From the NCBI GenBank assembly GCA_020725805.1, contig DYEF01000023.1, positions 20,783-84,782 on the forward strand: a stretch of DNA of 64,000 bases. Reading direction: 5' to 3'. Under the pieces are notes generated by a model. It saw nothing but the letters and a program-made list of their open reading frames with translations. It was not told where the DNA came from and searched no databases. The stretch is from Bdellovibrio sp. (lineage in GTDB: Bacteria > Myxococcota > SpSt-1050). The translations under genes were made by a program, and so were the position numbers. Shown piece by piece: positions 19,893-29,345 of the stretch (the stretch's first letter is position 1; each line of letters begins with the position of its first letter).

Positions 19893-22295
19893 TTATTCTA
19901 AAACTCCTGCGTATCTCAGCATCCAGTAAGCAATGGAATAGAACATAGGACCACCATATCCCTGAGGGCTTCCGCCCGATACCTTCGAGTAAGGATTTCC
20001 GTTCCACCACATAGTTCGTATTTCATCATACGGAAATACCCTGTCCCACTGTGGCTTCTTGAATCTGTCGATCCCGTTATCCTTTGCATCCTGCCGGTTG
20101 CTGTTGTCGAACAGTACCTTTCTGAGGTCACGCGGAATCTCCCGCATTGTTCTGACTGCATCCTCGACCCTCGCCCCGTCTTCACTGTAGAGTGCGACCA
20201 CGGCTGCCCACATCGGTTGTCTCTCGGGAATCTCCCATTCGTAGAATTTCAGCAGGTTTGCAAGCCATTTCGCCCTTCTCTCGGGATTGTGCTCGTATCT
20301 CAGAAGTGTTGTATATGCCAGCATAGCCAGTTCGTGGTCGGAGTGATTTGCTATAGCGGGATTCGTAACTGTCCAGATCTCATCTGTAAATTCGACGAGT
20401 CTGTCGTACTTATACCTGTTTATCAGCTCCTCATAGGCATTGTAAAATTTGAGCTCTCCAGTAATTCTGTATGCGGAGAGCATAAATCCGAGAATCTGTG
20501 TACCGTTGAGCCAGCCTCCGCCGTGTGCCGATTCCATACAGAGGTCGAGCGGGTATTTCTTGAGACACCTGTCCATTCCGTCAACGGAGACACCAATATA
20601 ATCCGGTTGCCAGTGCCCCCACGTAGTCTTCTGACCGTCCAGATCCAGAAGCTGATAACCGTTTCTCAGAATATAATCAGCAATCCCGCCGAGCCGTTTT
20701 GCAACCTCTTCACGCTCCTTGTCATCCTTCGCACAGTGGTCGTAGTAAAAAGAATATCCGAAGAAATGACCATCTATCTCGTCTGATGATGTATCATCCT
20801 TCCAGTAATACTTCTTCCCGTTGTATTCAACAGGATGCCAGTTCGGACGACTCTTCTTATCCTCATATACAGCCCCCTCGTCTTCCCTTACAAGAGAACG
20901 GGTTACAAATCCGTATCCGAGTCCGGCCTTCTCAAAATCCACGGCCGGTATATCCACTTCCAGAAACATTACCTCGATAGCCTTCCGGGCCTTCTGATAA
21001 TAATATTCGTCCTTCGTAACCGCATAGGCCATACACCATGCTGCTACCTGCATCTGTGTCCAGAGCCCGTCATTGTCGGAATCCCAGACCTTCGGGTCCT
21101 TTATCTCGAACTCATCGCCCGAAGAGAGGTCGGGGGCAACGAAGCCGTCCATACGCCAGAAATATTTATCCTGCAGTTCCTCAAAATATTTGATCTTATC
21201 CGCAAGTTTTGTCTCGACGAGATAAATTCTCGAGATACCGCTTTTTGTGGCAATAAATCTGTTGCCGTTATCGTCCAATGCTACATCATTTACCTTTTCA
21301 TCGAGTATCCATCTTCTCGAGAGATAGTAGTCGACATGACCGTCCTGCTGATTAATAAACGTTGCGCCGATCTCGTGTCCGAGGGCTATCATATTCCCTC
21401 TGCATACTGCGGAGTTCGTCCTGTTCATAGGCAGTCCGTCAGGCTTTGCATAGAATTTTTCGAACTTACCTTCTTTGTAAAGAGTATAGCCGGAGAATGT
21501 TGATATAACCAGAGTCCTGTTGTCATCGCAGAAGGCAAGAGATGAGACCAGATTATCTCCCAGGTCGCCGTTTTCGGAGTTGTAATTCTTCATTGCCATA
21601 CCATCATTTTCATACACACCCTTATCCGTCCCAATGAATATATGCAGCTGATCACTTACAGCGATATTCTTGATTCCTGATACATCCGTAATTTTATAAT
21701 ACTCCGAAAAATTGCTCCCGATCTCATAGACGGAACTATTTGTTGCAAAATAGTAGTGATTATTAACCCCGTATAAAGAAATAACGTCCTCACCCAGAGC
21801 GCTTATATCAATATCTTTTCTTTCTGTTTTATTGAAAAGGACAATACTACCGGCCGTTCTCCCGATCAGAAAATCAGAGTTCTTTACCTTCCCTATATCA
21901 AGAAGTCCGTCAATCAGGGGGACGGCATTCTCAAAAATATCCAGATTCTGATTATATGCAAACAAACCGTTCTTTGTCATAACATAGAGGGTATCCAGAT
22001 ATGCGAATTTCAGGGCATTGACATCCGGCAACTGATCTGTTTTGTAATAGAATTTTACCAACTCCTCGGAAAAAGGCGTATCTTTGACGACAGTCGAATG
22101 CTTCTCGACCTTATAGTAGGCCCGTGGCGGAATATAGCCTGTATCACCTCCGGCATCAGTCTGTACATCAGAACCCGAGACATCGGCAATGTCAGTATAA
22201 ACATCTTCCGCAATTATATCCTTTGAATCAGAAGATTCATCGGAGCAGGAAAAGAGAAGAGCAAATAAAGCAATAAGGATAATATAATTTTTCAT
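19893..22295 (-). CDS. hypothetical lipoprotein (about 800 aa): N-terminal propeller-like repeats, C-terminal unknown domain
   Basis: Start set at MKNYIILIALFALLFSCSD (ATG 22295, AGGAGG RBS) instead of 22343. Lipobox LFSC is present. Confidence 0.6.
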   Translation of the reverse strand: MKNYIILIALFALLFSCSDESSDSKDIIAEDVYTDIADVSGSDVQTDAGGDTGYIPPRAYYKVEKHSTVVKDTPFSEELVKFYYKTDQLPDVNALKFAYLDTLYVMTKNGLFAYNQNLDIFENAVPLIDGLLDIGKVKNSDFLIGRTAGSIVLFNKTERKDIDISALGEDVISLYGVNNHYYFATNSSVYEIGSNFSEYYKITDVSGIKNIAVSDQLHIFIGTDKGVYENDGMAMKNYNSENGDLGDNLVSSLAFCDDNRTLVISTFSGYTLYKEGKFEKFYAKPDGLPMNRTNSAVCRGNMIALGHEIGATFINQQDGHVDYYLSRRWILDEKVNDVALDDNGNRFIATKSGISRIYLVETKLADKIKYFEELQDKYFWRMDGFVAPDLSSGDEFEIKDPKVWDSDNDGLWTQMQVAAWCMAYAVTKDEYYYQKARKAIEVMFLEVDIPAVDFEKAGLGYGFVTRSLVREDEGAVYEDKKSRPNWHPVEYNGKKYYWKDDTSSDEIDGHFFGYSFYYDHCAKDDKEREEVAKRLGGIADYILRNGYQLLDLDGQKTTWGHWQPDYIGVSVDGMDRCLKKYPLDLCMESAHGGGWLNGTQILGFMLSAYRITGELKFYNAYEELINRYKYDRLVEFTDEIWTVTNPAIANHSDHELAMLAYTTLLRYEHNPERRAKWLANLLKFYEWEIPERQPMWAAVVALYSEDGARVEDAVRTMREIPRDLRKVLFDNSNRQDAKDNGIDRFKKPQWDRVFPYDEIRTMWWNGNPYSKVSGGSPQGYGGPMFYSIAYWMLRYAGVLE

Positions 22296-22637
22296 AACCT
22301 GTATCCTCCTGTGCAAAAAAGTATATATCAGATAAAGTGGCAATTCAATACAGAAAATAAATCTTTAAGCATCTGTGTCCGACCTCTTTTTATAGTGAGT
22401 TATGAACAAGATTTAACAAAAGTCTAACCGGCACCGGACTGATAACTCCTGCTACGCCCGAAATTCTATGCACTCAAGAAGTAAATCCGGAATTAAAACC
22501 ATTCACACACATTTTGCAAAAGCTATAAATATCTTAAACCAGCATTAAAAGTAATCAAAATGCAGTTATATAAAACGCCCCGGAAATAAATATGGATACT
22601 CTTTATAGCAAACCTGAGGCAAGATTAGCCGCGAGTT

Positions 22638-23375
22638 TTATTCTTTATCGGTCTGGTCTGGCTTCTTTCCGGCAGATAGACCGCCACCGCCGATTGCCAG
22701 TCTGATAAAAACCCCCCTGATATCCGCAGATGGTCCGTTGGTGATCTCCTGTTCATTATACACCCAGCTGCCTCCCTTATAGAGCGGAAGGATAAAACCA
22801 CCTCTTAATCCTATCAGAAGTCCGCCGGTGCCTTCACCGTCCCTGCCAAGCGGCAAAAGAAAATCTGCACCCAGTGAGAAGGATGTAATAAAACCACCGT
22901 TTGAGAGTTCTATTCCCCTCTTTGGATTTTTAAGGGCTTCATTGAAATCATAACTTGCTTTTTCCGAGATCGAGACATTAATTCCGGCTCCTCCTATACC
23001 GAGCATCGGATAGAGAATCAGTCCGCCTCTTCTGAACAGAATATACCCTACGTCAAAGAGTCCGTACCCGCCTGAGACAGAGACTTTATACAAATTGGTC
23101 GATTTACTCTCTGTATTCAGCCCGTGACCTTCCCCGCCGAGAATGAAACTCCCCATTATCCCGTGTCCTCCTCCGCCAAAGGAATACTGACTTTCAGAAA
23201 ATTCGGGCAGATCATTTGAACCGAGTGTTTTATTCAATCCCGAAAGATTAATATTCTGCCAGCCTGCCATAAAATAGCCCATTCCACCTCCCTCTCTGCT
23301 ATCCTTCTCCCCGGCATTCAGTATCGAAGAAGCAAAAAGTAAGAACAAAGAAATCAAAACAACTTTTCTGAGCAT
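22638..23375 (-). CDS. hypothetical secreted Gly-rich protein (possible small OM beta-barrel)
   Basis: Start set at MLRKVVLISLFLLFASSILNA (ATG 23375, GGAGG RBS). Gly-rich segments such as GGGGHGIMGSFILGGEGHGL. Confidence 0.55.
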   Translation of the reverse strand: MLRKVVLISLFLLFASSILNAGEKDSREGGGMGYFMAGWQNINLSGLNKTLGSNDLPEFSESQYSFGGGGHGIMGSFILGGEGHGLNTESKSTNLYKVSVSGGYGLFDVGYILFRRGGLILYPMLGIGGAGINVSISEKASYDFNEALKNPKRGIELSNGGFITSFSLGADFLLPLGRDGEGTGGLLIGLRGGFILPLYKGGSWVYNEQEITNGPSADIRGVFIRLAIGGGGLSAGKKPDQTDKE

Positions 23376-23783
23376 AAAAAACCTCCCTGATTTGGCGGAT
23401 AATAAATATTTTTTCGAACCGGTTGTCAATACAATTATGTTTATTGCAATATATATCTATTCATTGCCTCGTCACAAATACCCCAAAGCTTAATATATCA
23501 GACAAGAAAATTCTCTCACTGAATCTCGTTAAGAGCGGAATAGTCCATTCACTCTGGTTTTTAGTCCTGTTTTCTAAACATATTTATAACTAGTTGCATT
23601 TATAATTCTTTTCAATGTGCATTTTTATTCTTTGATTACAGAGCCGGTATTGAAATTATGATAGTCAACTCCATTTTCATAATGCCGATATCAGATCAGA
23701 AAACCCGTATGGTGAATGGACGAAATTCAGGACAATATTCAACAAGGCCTCTTTGGTAAAAATATAAAAAGTTGGAACCCGCT

Positions 23784-24143
23784 CTATCTGATGTATTTTT
23801 CGGGCTCTTTATCAAAATGAGGTTTGCAGCCCTCGCAGCAGAAATAATAGTATTTCCCTTTATACTCGGAGTAAGTGGTATCTTTTGTTATTTTAAATTT
23901 TTCCTTTGTCACAGGGCAAACAGCCTCTGTACTTTCTGCCTGCTTCTTGTTGAATCCAATAGATGGTTCTTCCGATTTTTTCTTCTCTTCCTGTTTTGTG
24001 AGCTGATGATGTTTTTCCGATTTCTTCTCGCTTTTTACTGCAGTATTATTTTGATGTTCTGATTCTTTACAATCATCAGCAAATAGTATGGCAGAGAATC
24101 CAAAAAGAAAAAACATCAAAGAAAAAGCAAATAAATTTCTCAT
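23784..24143 (-). CDS. secreted YHS-domain-like metal-binding protein
   Basis: Signal peptide; C-terminal CPVTKEKF...YYYFCCEGCKPHF matches the YHS/TRASH-type signature. GGAGG RBS. The gene is AT-rich relative to its flanks. Confidence 0.55.
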   Translation of the reverse strand: MRNLFAFSLMFFLFGFSAILFADDCKESEHQNNTAVKSEKKSEKHHQLTKQEEKKKSEEPSIGFNKKQAESTEAVCPVTKEKFKITKDTTYSEYKGKYYYFCCEGCKPHFDKEPEKYIR

Positions 24144-24188
24144 AAATACCTCCGGATGTTATTATGATGACAATCTATTACATTGGAT

Positions 24189-25061
24189 TCATCTTCTCAT
24201 CTCTAAAATACCTATTTTATATACATTATTTACTCCCGTAAAGGAAATCTTAATGTCATTGATTTTGAAACCCGAACCACATAAGATGCTGCTCCAGTCA
24301 GAAAGGGCGATATACTTCTCTCCAAGTCCCAGTCTGCTTGATTTTAAAATACTCACATATTCATCATAGTAAAAGTTGTTTAGAATCTGTTCTCTATGTC
24401 TGGTGTCAGTCATAGATCTTACTGTGTCGAAGACATCTTTATATAGAAGGGTTGCCGAGATATTTCTGAGTCTTGCATCTCTTATCATTTCAAGATTATG
24501 GTCAACCTCAATAATTATAAACAGCTTTGGGTTGAGATGATATATTTTACTAATTATTTTTAATTTATCACGCATTCTTAAATGATGAAGAGAAAGAGAT
24601 GACAAAACGATATCTGGTCTTTCCGGTAATGTTTTGACATCTAATTTACTTAGATTTGCTTTAATCGGGGTTACACCGCAATAGCTAAAACGAGAAAGAT
24701 TTATTTTAAGTTGTTTCAGGGCTGTATCTGAATAATCTATCCCGGTGATTTTAAGAGTGATATCCGGTTGTTTATGAATATTTTCAAGTACTCTTTTCCA
24801 CATAAGTCCTTCACCAATTCCAAGGTCAAGTATATTTAATCTGTGATGCTGGTTGATCAGTGTATTAATTTTTTGATAGACGAAGTAATGAGTCTCTTTA
24901 AGAATCACGGAATTGGCAAAGAGGAGATAGGCATTTCTTGTCCGGGGATTTATATATTTTTGTCTTAAATTAAACTCTTTTTTTCCCAATATTCTCTGAT
25001 AGACGCGGTCTATGTCTTCCTTAGAAAGTATGGACAGGCATTCTGTAAAATTATATCTCAT
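24189..25061 (-). CDS. class I SAM-dependent methyltransferase (YrrT-like position in a methionine-to-cysteine operon)
   Basis: SAM motif I ILDLGIGEG. Its start overlaps the upstream lyase stop by 11 nt. About 34 percent GC. Confidence 0.7.
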   Translation of the reverse strand: MRYNFTECLSILSKEDIDRVYQRILGKKEFNLRQKYINPRTRNAYLLFANSVILKETHYFVYQKINTLINQHHRLNILDLGIGEGLMWKRVLENIHKQPDITLKITGIDYSDTALKQLKINLSRFSYCGVTPIKANLSKLDVKTLPERPDIVLSSLSLHHLRMRDKLKIISKIYHLNPKLFIIIEVDHNLEMIRDARLRNISATLLYKDVFDTVRSMTDTRHREQILNNFYYDEYVSILKSSRLGLGEKYIALSDWSSILCGSGFKINDIKISFTGVNNVYKIGILEMRR

Positions 25062-26208
25062 AGTTTAATCTGTTCCTCATAGATAGGCTGATTGCCTTTG
25101 ATAAATCATCGATTATATCTTCGGCATTTTCAATACCAGTTGATAGTCTCAAAAGATTGTCCGTTATTCCCCTTTTTTCTCTTTCTTCATAGGATAGAGA
25201 TGCGTGAGTCATTTTAGATGGTATACAAATTAGTGATTCGATACCTCCTAGACTCTCTGCATTTTTTATAATTTTGAGTGATTTCAGAAACATCTCTGTT
25301 TGAGCATAGTCGTTGCCAAACTCAAAACTAATCATTCCGCAAAAACCTGCCATCTGCCTCTTGTAGATTTCGTCGTTTTCTATGTCAGGAAAGTAAACTT
25401 TCTTTATGAACCTGTTGTTTTTTAAATAATTGTACACTTTTCTAGCATTTTCGAAGTGTCTCTCCATTCTGATAGAAAGCGTTTTTATTCCTCTGAGTGT
25501 AAGGAAACAGTCAAAAGGAGAGGGGATAGCTCCTGCGGCGTTCTGATAAAACTTGATTCTTTGATATATGTCTTCATTATTAGTTATTACTGCACCTCCT
25601 ACAACATCACTGTGACCATTGAGATATTTTGTACTGCTATGAACGACTATATCGGCACCGTGGTTTAATGGCCTCTGAAAATATGGGGTTGCAAAAGTGT
25701 TATCAACCACAAGAATAGTGTTACTTCTTTTTATAGAAGCTATATCATTGATGCTGTATAATTTTAGCAGAGGGTTAGATGGTGTCTCTATCCATATTAT
25801 CTTTGTCCTTTCATTTAAAAGATCTTTTATTTCATAAGGGTCATTAGAAAACACATAGTTTGTTGTTATACCGTATTGTCGCAGTATCTTTTCAAATATT
25901 CTGTAGGTACCTCCATAAATATCCGATGAGGAAATAATCTCGTCTCCCGTTTTCAGGATACTAAGAACAGCCATAGTTGCGGCACATCCGGAGGAGAAGG
26001 CAAGAGCGAAATTGCCATCTTCAAGAGATGCCAGGACCTCCTCAAGTGTCCTCCTCGTTGGATTCTGTGTCCTTGAATATTCAAAACCTTTATGCCTTCC
26101 CGGAATCTCCTGATAAAATGTAGTAGAAAGATGGACAGGCGGTATTATTGCACCAGTTGAAAGGTCAGGCTCCTGCGAAATATGAATTGATCTTGTTTCA
26201 AATTTCAT
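25051..26208 (-). CDS. cystathionine gamma-lyase/gamma-synthase family PLP enzyme (MccB/MetC-like)
   Basis: PLP lysine motif HSSTKYLNGHSDVVGG; N-terminus MKFETRSIHISQE typical of the CGS/CGL family; AAGGAG RBS. Its start overlaps the upstream CBS-like stop. Confidence 0.85.
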   Translation of the reverse strand: MKFETRSIHISQEPDLSTGAIIPPVHLSTTFYQEIPGRHKGFEYSRTQNPTRRTLEEVLASLEDGNFALAFSSGCAATMAVLSILKTGDEIISSSDIYGGTYRIFEKILRQYGITTNYVFSNDPYEIKDLLNERTKIIWIETPSNPLLKLYSINDIASIKRSNTILVVDNTFATPYFQRPLNHGADIVVHSSTKYLNGHSDVVGGAVITNNEDIYQRIKFYQNAAGAIPSPFDCFLTLRGIKTLSIRMERHFENARKVYNYLKNNRFIKKVYFPDIENDEIYKRQMAGFCGMISFEFGNDYAQTEMFLKSLKIIKNAESLGGIESLICIPSKMTHASLSYEEREKRGITDNLLRLSTGIENAEDIIDDLSKAISLSMRNRLNYEI

Positions 26209-27559
26209 TTTTTATGCTCCTTCTGAGTAAAAAATTAATCAGATCAGATTTTGTAATGATATTGGAAGGTATTCCGTTCTTAAGAATAATGACGGCATTA
26301 GAGGATTTTGACAATACATTTCTGATGTCGTCGATCGAGGCAGATTCATCAAAGAGAGGTAGTGGAGGCCCCATAACTTCACTGACTCTGGCAATAGAGA
26401 CAATATTTTTGTTTTTGAAAGAGTGTAGTAACCCCTCTTCTGTCAGATTCCCGATGATTTTCTTTTTTTCTGTTACGGGTAGTTGAGAGATACCGTATTT
26501 ATTCATTAGATTAATGGCATCGGTGATATTCTGTTCTGCTTCAACTGTTATTAGGTTTGGACCAATCATATTTAGTTCGTTTAATATAGAGGCCGCATTG
26601 ATTGGTTCTCTGCTGGTTAAAAATCCATTTTCTGTCATCCATTCATCGGAATAGAACCTGGATATATAGTTCCTTCCGGTGTCAGGTAGAATAACAACGA
26701 TATTTTCCTCTTTGTTTTCCCTTTTAACGTATTTAAGAGCCGCGGCAAGGGCTGTGCCGGAAGAACCTCCTGCCAGTATTCCCTCCTCTTTTGCAAGCCT
26801 TCTCGCGGTTATAAATGATTCTTCGTCAGTGACTCTGATAAATTCGTTTATTATCTGTGCATTTAGTGTAGTTGGCACAAAATCCTCTCCTATTCCCTCG
26901 ACCTTATATGATTTTGGGTTATCTCCAGAGAGGACAGAGCCGGATGGGTCAGCAGCAATAATGTAGAGATGAGGTATTTTCTCTTTGAGATATAAGCCTG
27001 TCCCAGAAATTGTCCCACCGGTTCCAATGCCGGCGACAAAGACATCAATTTTCCCCTCCATATCGGAATATATTTCCCTGCCGGTCGTTTTGTAATGGGC
27101 GTTTGGGTTGTCAAGGTTTTTAAATTGTGAAGGGCGAAAGGAATGTGGAATATTATTCGCAAGCCTGTCGGCGTAGTTATTATAATTGTCCGGTGAATCC
27201 GGTGATTCGTTTGGTACAACAACGACTTCTGCTCCATACGCCCTGAGAATGTTTATTTTTTCTGTGCTCATCTTTTCGGGGACGATAAATATACATCTGT
27301 AACCCTTTATTGCACATACAAGTGCAAGACCAATTCCTGTATTTCCGGCGGTTGCTTCAATAATTGTGCTTTTGGGTTGCAGGATCCCTTTTCTTTCAGC
27401 TGACTCTAACATTTCGAGAGCGATTCTGTCTTTTACACTTCCGCCCGGATTGAACATCTCACACTTAACGAATATTCGGGATTTTATCCCGGCTGAGATC
27501 TTCTTTAGCTCTATTAAGGGGGTATTACCAATTGATTCAAGAATAGATTTATAAACCAC
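26198..27559 (-). CDS. cystathionine beta-synthase-like protein: cysteine-synthase fold plus C-terminal tandem CBS domains (MccA-like)
   Basis: GTG start with AAGGAG RBS. N-terminus MVYKSILESIGNTPLIELKKI, PLP lysine in SVKDR, ATAGNTGIGLA, and a C-terminal 130 aa with two CBS-domain-like repeats. Confidence 0.85.
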   Translation of the reverse strand: MVYKSILESIGNTPLIELKKISAGIKSRIFVKCEMFNPGGSVKDRIALEMLESAERKGILQPKSTIIEATAGNTGIGLALVCAIKGYRCIFIVPEKMSTEKINILRAYGAEVVVVPNESPDSPDNYNNYADRLANNIPHSFRPSQFKNLDNPNAHYKTTGREIYSDMEGKIDVFVAGIGTGGTISGTGLYLKEKIPHLYIIAADPSGSVLSGDNPKSYKVEGIGEDFVPTTLNAQIINEFIRVTDEESFITARRLAKEEGILAGGSSGTALAAALKYVKRENKEENIVVILPDTGRNYISRFYSDEWMTENGFLTSREPINAASILNELNMIGPNLITVEAEQNITDAINLMNKYGISQLPVTEKKKIIGNLTEEGLLHSFKNKNIVSIARVSEVMGPPLPLFDESASIDDIRNVLSKSSNAVIILKNGIPSNIITKSDLINFLLRRSIKNEI

Positions 27560-27654
27560 AGTCTCTATCTCCTTGAGAAAAAATTACAAATTAGCACCCA
27601 CTCCAAACATAAATTACATATCATTTCTCTTCGCAGGTATTAATAATCTAAACA

Positions 27655-28584
27655 TTATTCGATACCATCCATCAGCGCCGTCGAGAGATATCTTTCACCG
27701 GTGTCGGGAAGGAGAACAACGATTACCTTACCTTCGGATTCCTTTCTCTGTGCAACCTGAAGTGCGGCCCACATAGCGGCCCCCGAAGAGATTCCCGCCA
27801 TTATCCCTTCCTTTCTGGCTATCTCCCGTGCTGTATTGATTGCATCTTCATTGGTGACCTGAATTATCTCGTCGATTATTCCCTTATTCAAGACCTCCGG
27901 AACAAATCCCGCCCCAATTCCCTGTATTTTGTGCGGACCGGGCTTCCCGCCCGAAAGGACCGGAGAGGCGGCCGGCTCCACGGCAACCGAATAAATCTGT
28001 TTCCGTCTCTTTATTGCCTCTGATACACCCGTAATTGTCCCGCCTGTACCGACACCACCCACGAAAATATCAATTTTCCCCTCTGTATCATTCCAGATTT
28101 CCAAAGCTGTGGTCTTACGGTGAACTTCAGGATTGGAAGGATTTTTGAACTGCTGCAGCATAAAACCACCGGGTGTACTTCTGAGAATCTCTTCGGCCTT
28201 TCTGACCGCCCCGCTCATACCTTCGGGTCCCGGAGTAAGCAGAATCTCTGCCCCGAGAAGTCTTAAGAGCTTTCTTCTCTCGACGCTCATTGTCTCGGGC
28301 ATTGTAAGTATGAGTCTGTACCCTTTTGCAGCGGAGACGAAGGCAAGGGCAATCCCGGTATTTCCGCTCGTAGGTTCAATAAGTGTTGTGAATCCGGGCT
28401 TAATCAGTCCCTTCTCCTCTGCGTCCTCAATCATTGCAAGACCTATCCTGTCCTTAACACTGTGGGCAGGATTGAAGGACTCGATTTTGGCAAACAGGGA
28501 GACATTAAGACCTTCTGTGAGCCTGTTAATTTTCACAAGCGGCGTATTTCCGACTGTTTCGACGATACTGTTATAAACTTTCAT
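27655..28584 (-). CDS. cysK: cysteine synthase A (O-acetylserine sulfhydrylase)
   Basis: [40 protein letters not shown], and GTGGTITG near residue 180. GC is typical of the host, unlike the downstream island. Confidence 0.9.
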   Translation of the reverse strand: MKVYNSIVETVGNTPLVKINRLTEGLNVSLFAKIESFNPAHSVKDRIGLAMIEDAEEKGLIKPGFTTLIEPTSGNTGIALAFVSAAKGYRLILTMPETMSVERRKLLRLLGAEILLTPGPEGMSGAVRKAEEILRSTPGGFMLQQFKNPSNPEVHRKTTALEIWNDTEGKIDIFVGGVGTGGTITGVSEAIKRRKQIYSVAVEPAASPVLSGGKPGPHKIQGIGAGFVPEVLNKGIIDEIIQVTNEDAINTAREIARKEGIMAGISSGAAMWAALQVAQRKESEGKVIVVLLPDTGERYLSTALMDGIE

Positions 28585-28600
28585 ATATCCTCCTTTTGTT

Positions 28601-29032
28601 TCAAATATAAAACATCGGTGTCATAGGTGATATTGAATTTTCAAACCTCGTATAAAGTGTTTCGAAGTCTGTTTTCGCAAGTAACTGTTCATACTCACTT
28701 ACCAGTTCAGAGGCAATCTTTTTTGAAAAATTCTGAAAGAGGTTATCAGGGTTTTTCTCCTGCCTGAACGTTTTACGGGCTGTAGCATTAATAATATCCC
28801 TGACGGTTATCTCTCTCATAGCCTTTGCCAAAATATAACCACCCTTAAATCCCCTTATGGATTTTAATATACCGGATCTCTGCAGGTCGGAGAGAATTAC
28901 CGATAAATATTTTGCAGGGATACCGGTTGCATCATATATTTGACCGGACGTTACCGACCCGCCTGATCTGGTCGAATAACGAATATAGATTATTATGCTG
29001 ATTGCATATTCCGCTTTCTTACTTAAAACCAT
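28601..29032 (-). CDS. Rrf2-family transcriptional regulator (CymR/IscR-like)
   Basis: Start set at [16 protein letters not shown] (ATG 29032, TGGAGG RBS), which matches the canonical Rrf2 N-terminus. The track's 29143 start would read through the repeats. HTH region [28 protein letters not shown]. Confidence 0.8.
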   Translation of the reverse strand: MVLSKKAEYAISIIIYIRYSTRSGGSVTSGQIYDATGIPAKYLSVILSDLQRSGILKSIRGFKGGYILAKAMREITVRDIINATARKTFRQEKNPDNLFQNFSKKIASELVSEYEQLLAKTDFETLYTRFENSISPMTPMFYI

Positions 29033-29100
29033 ATCGCCTCCAAAATACTCTACCAATATAATCATATTAGTAGAGTTTGTCAAGAAAAATTTCTCCATTT

Positions 29101-29152
29101 CTGTTTCTACCTGGCACCGAAAAATCCTGTTTCTACCTGGCACCGAAAAATC
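29101..29152. repeat. two perfect tandem copies of a 26 bp direct repeat ctgtttctacctggcaccgaaaaatc; a third partial copy (tacctggcaccg) lies at 29194-29205
   Basis: Read directly: 29101-29126 is identical to 29127-29152. They sit 70-120 nt upstream of the Rrf2 regulator start, in the divergent region shared with the flhA-like gene. Confidence 0.85.
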
Positions 29153-29345
29153 GATGACCCAAATAAAACCAATAAAAACAGTTAGTTACAAACATACCTG
29201 GCACCGGTTCGGATTCAGTTCGGATTGCAATGATACTGAATTTATTGTTCACTGAACTTATTATTCAACAATATACATAATACCTAAAATTGGCACACAA
29301 CTTGAGGCAATAAAACAAAATCTCGTATTATTAAGGAGGTTTACT

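Noticed and set aside
23772-24369. Plus-strand ORFs 23772..24062 and 24088..24369 near the YHS gene, and 26148..26486 and 26679..26966 inside the CBS-like gene
   Set aside because: They are antisense to genes with clear motifs and RBS, and their AT-rich context generates long spurious frames.
27560-27654. Possible SAM (S-box) riboswitch ahead of the mccA-like operon
   Set aside because: The spacer is only 95 nt, and the conserved S-box blocks are not visible. It is more likely a plain promoter or RBS region.
29107-29144. Sigma-54 promoter interpretation of the TGGCAC-containing tandem repeat
   Set aside because: TGGCAC matches the -24 element, but no TTGC(A/T) -12 element follows at the required 4-5 nt spacing on either strand in any of the three copies.
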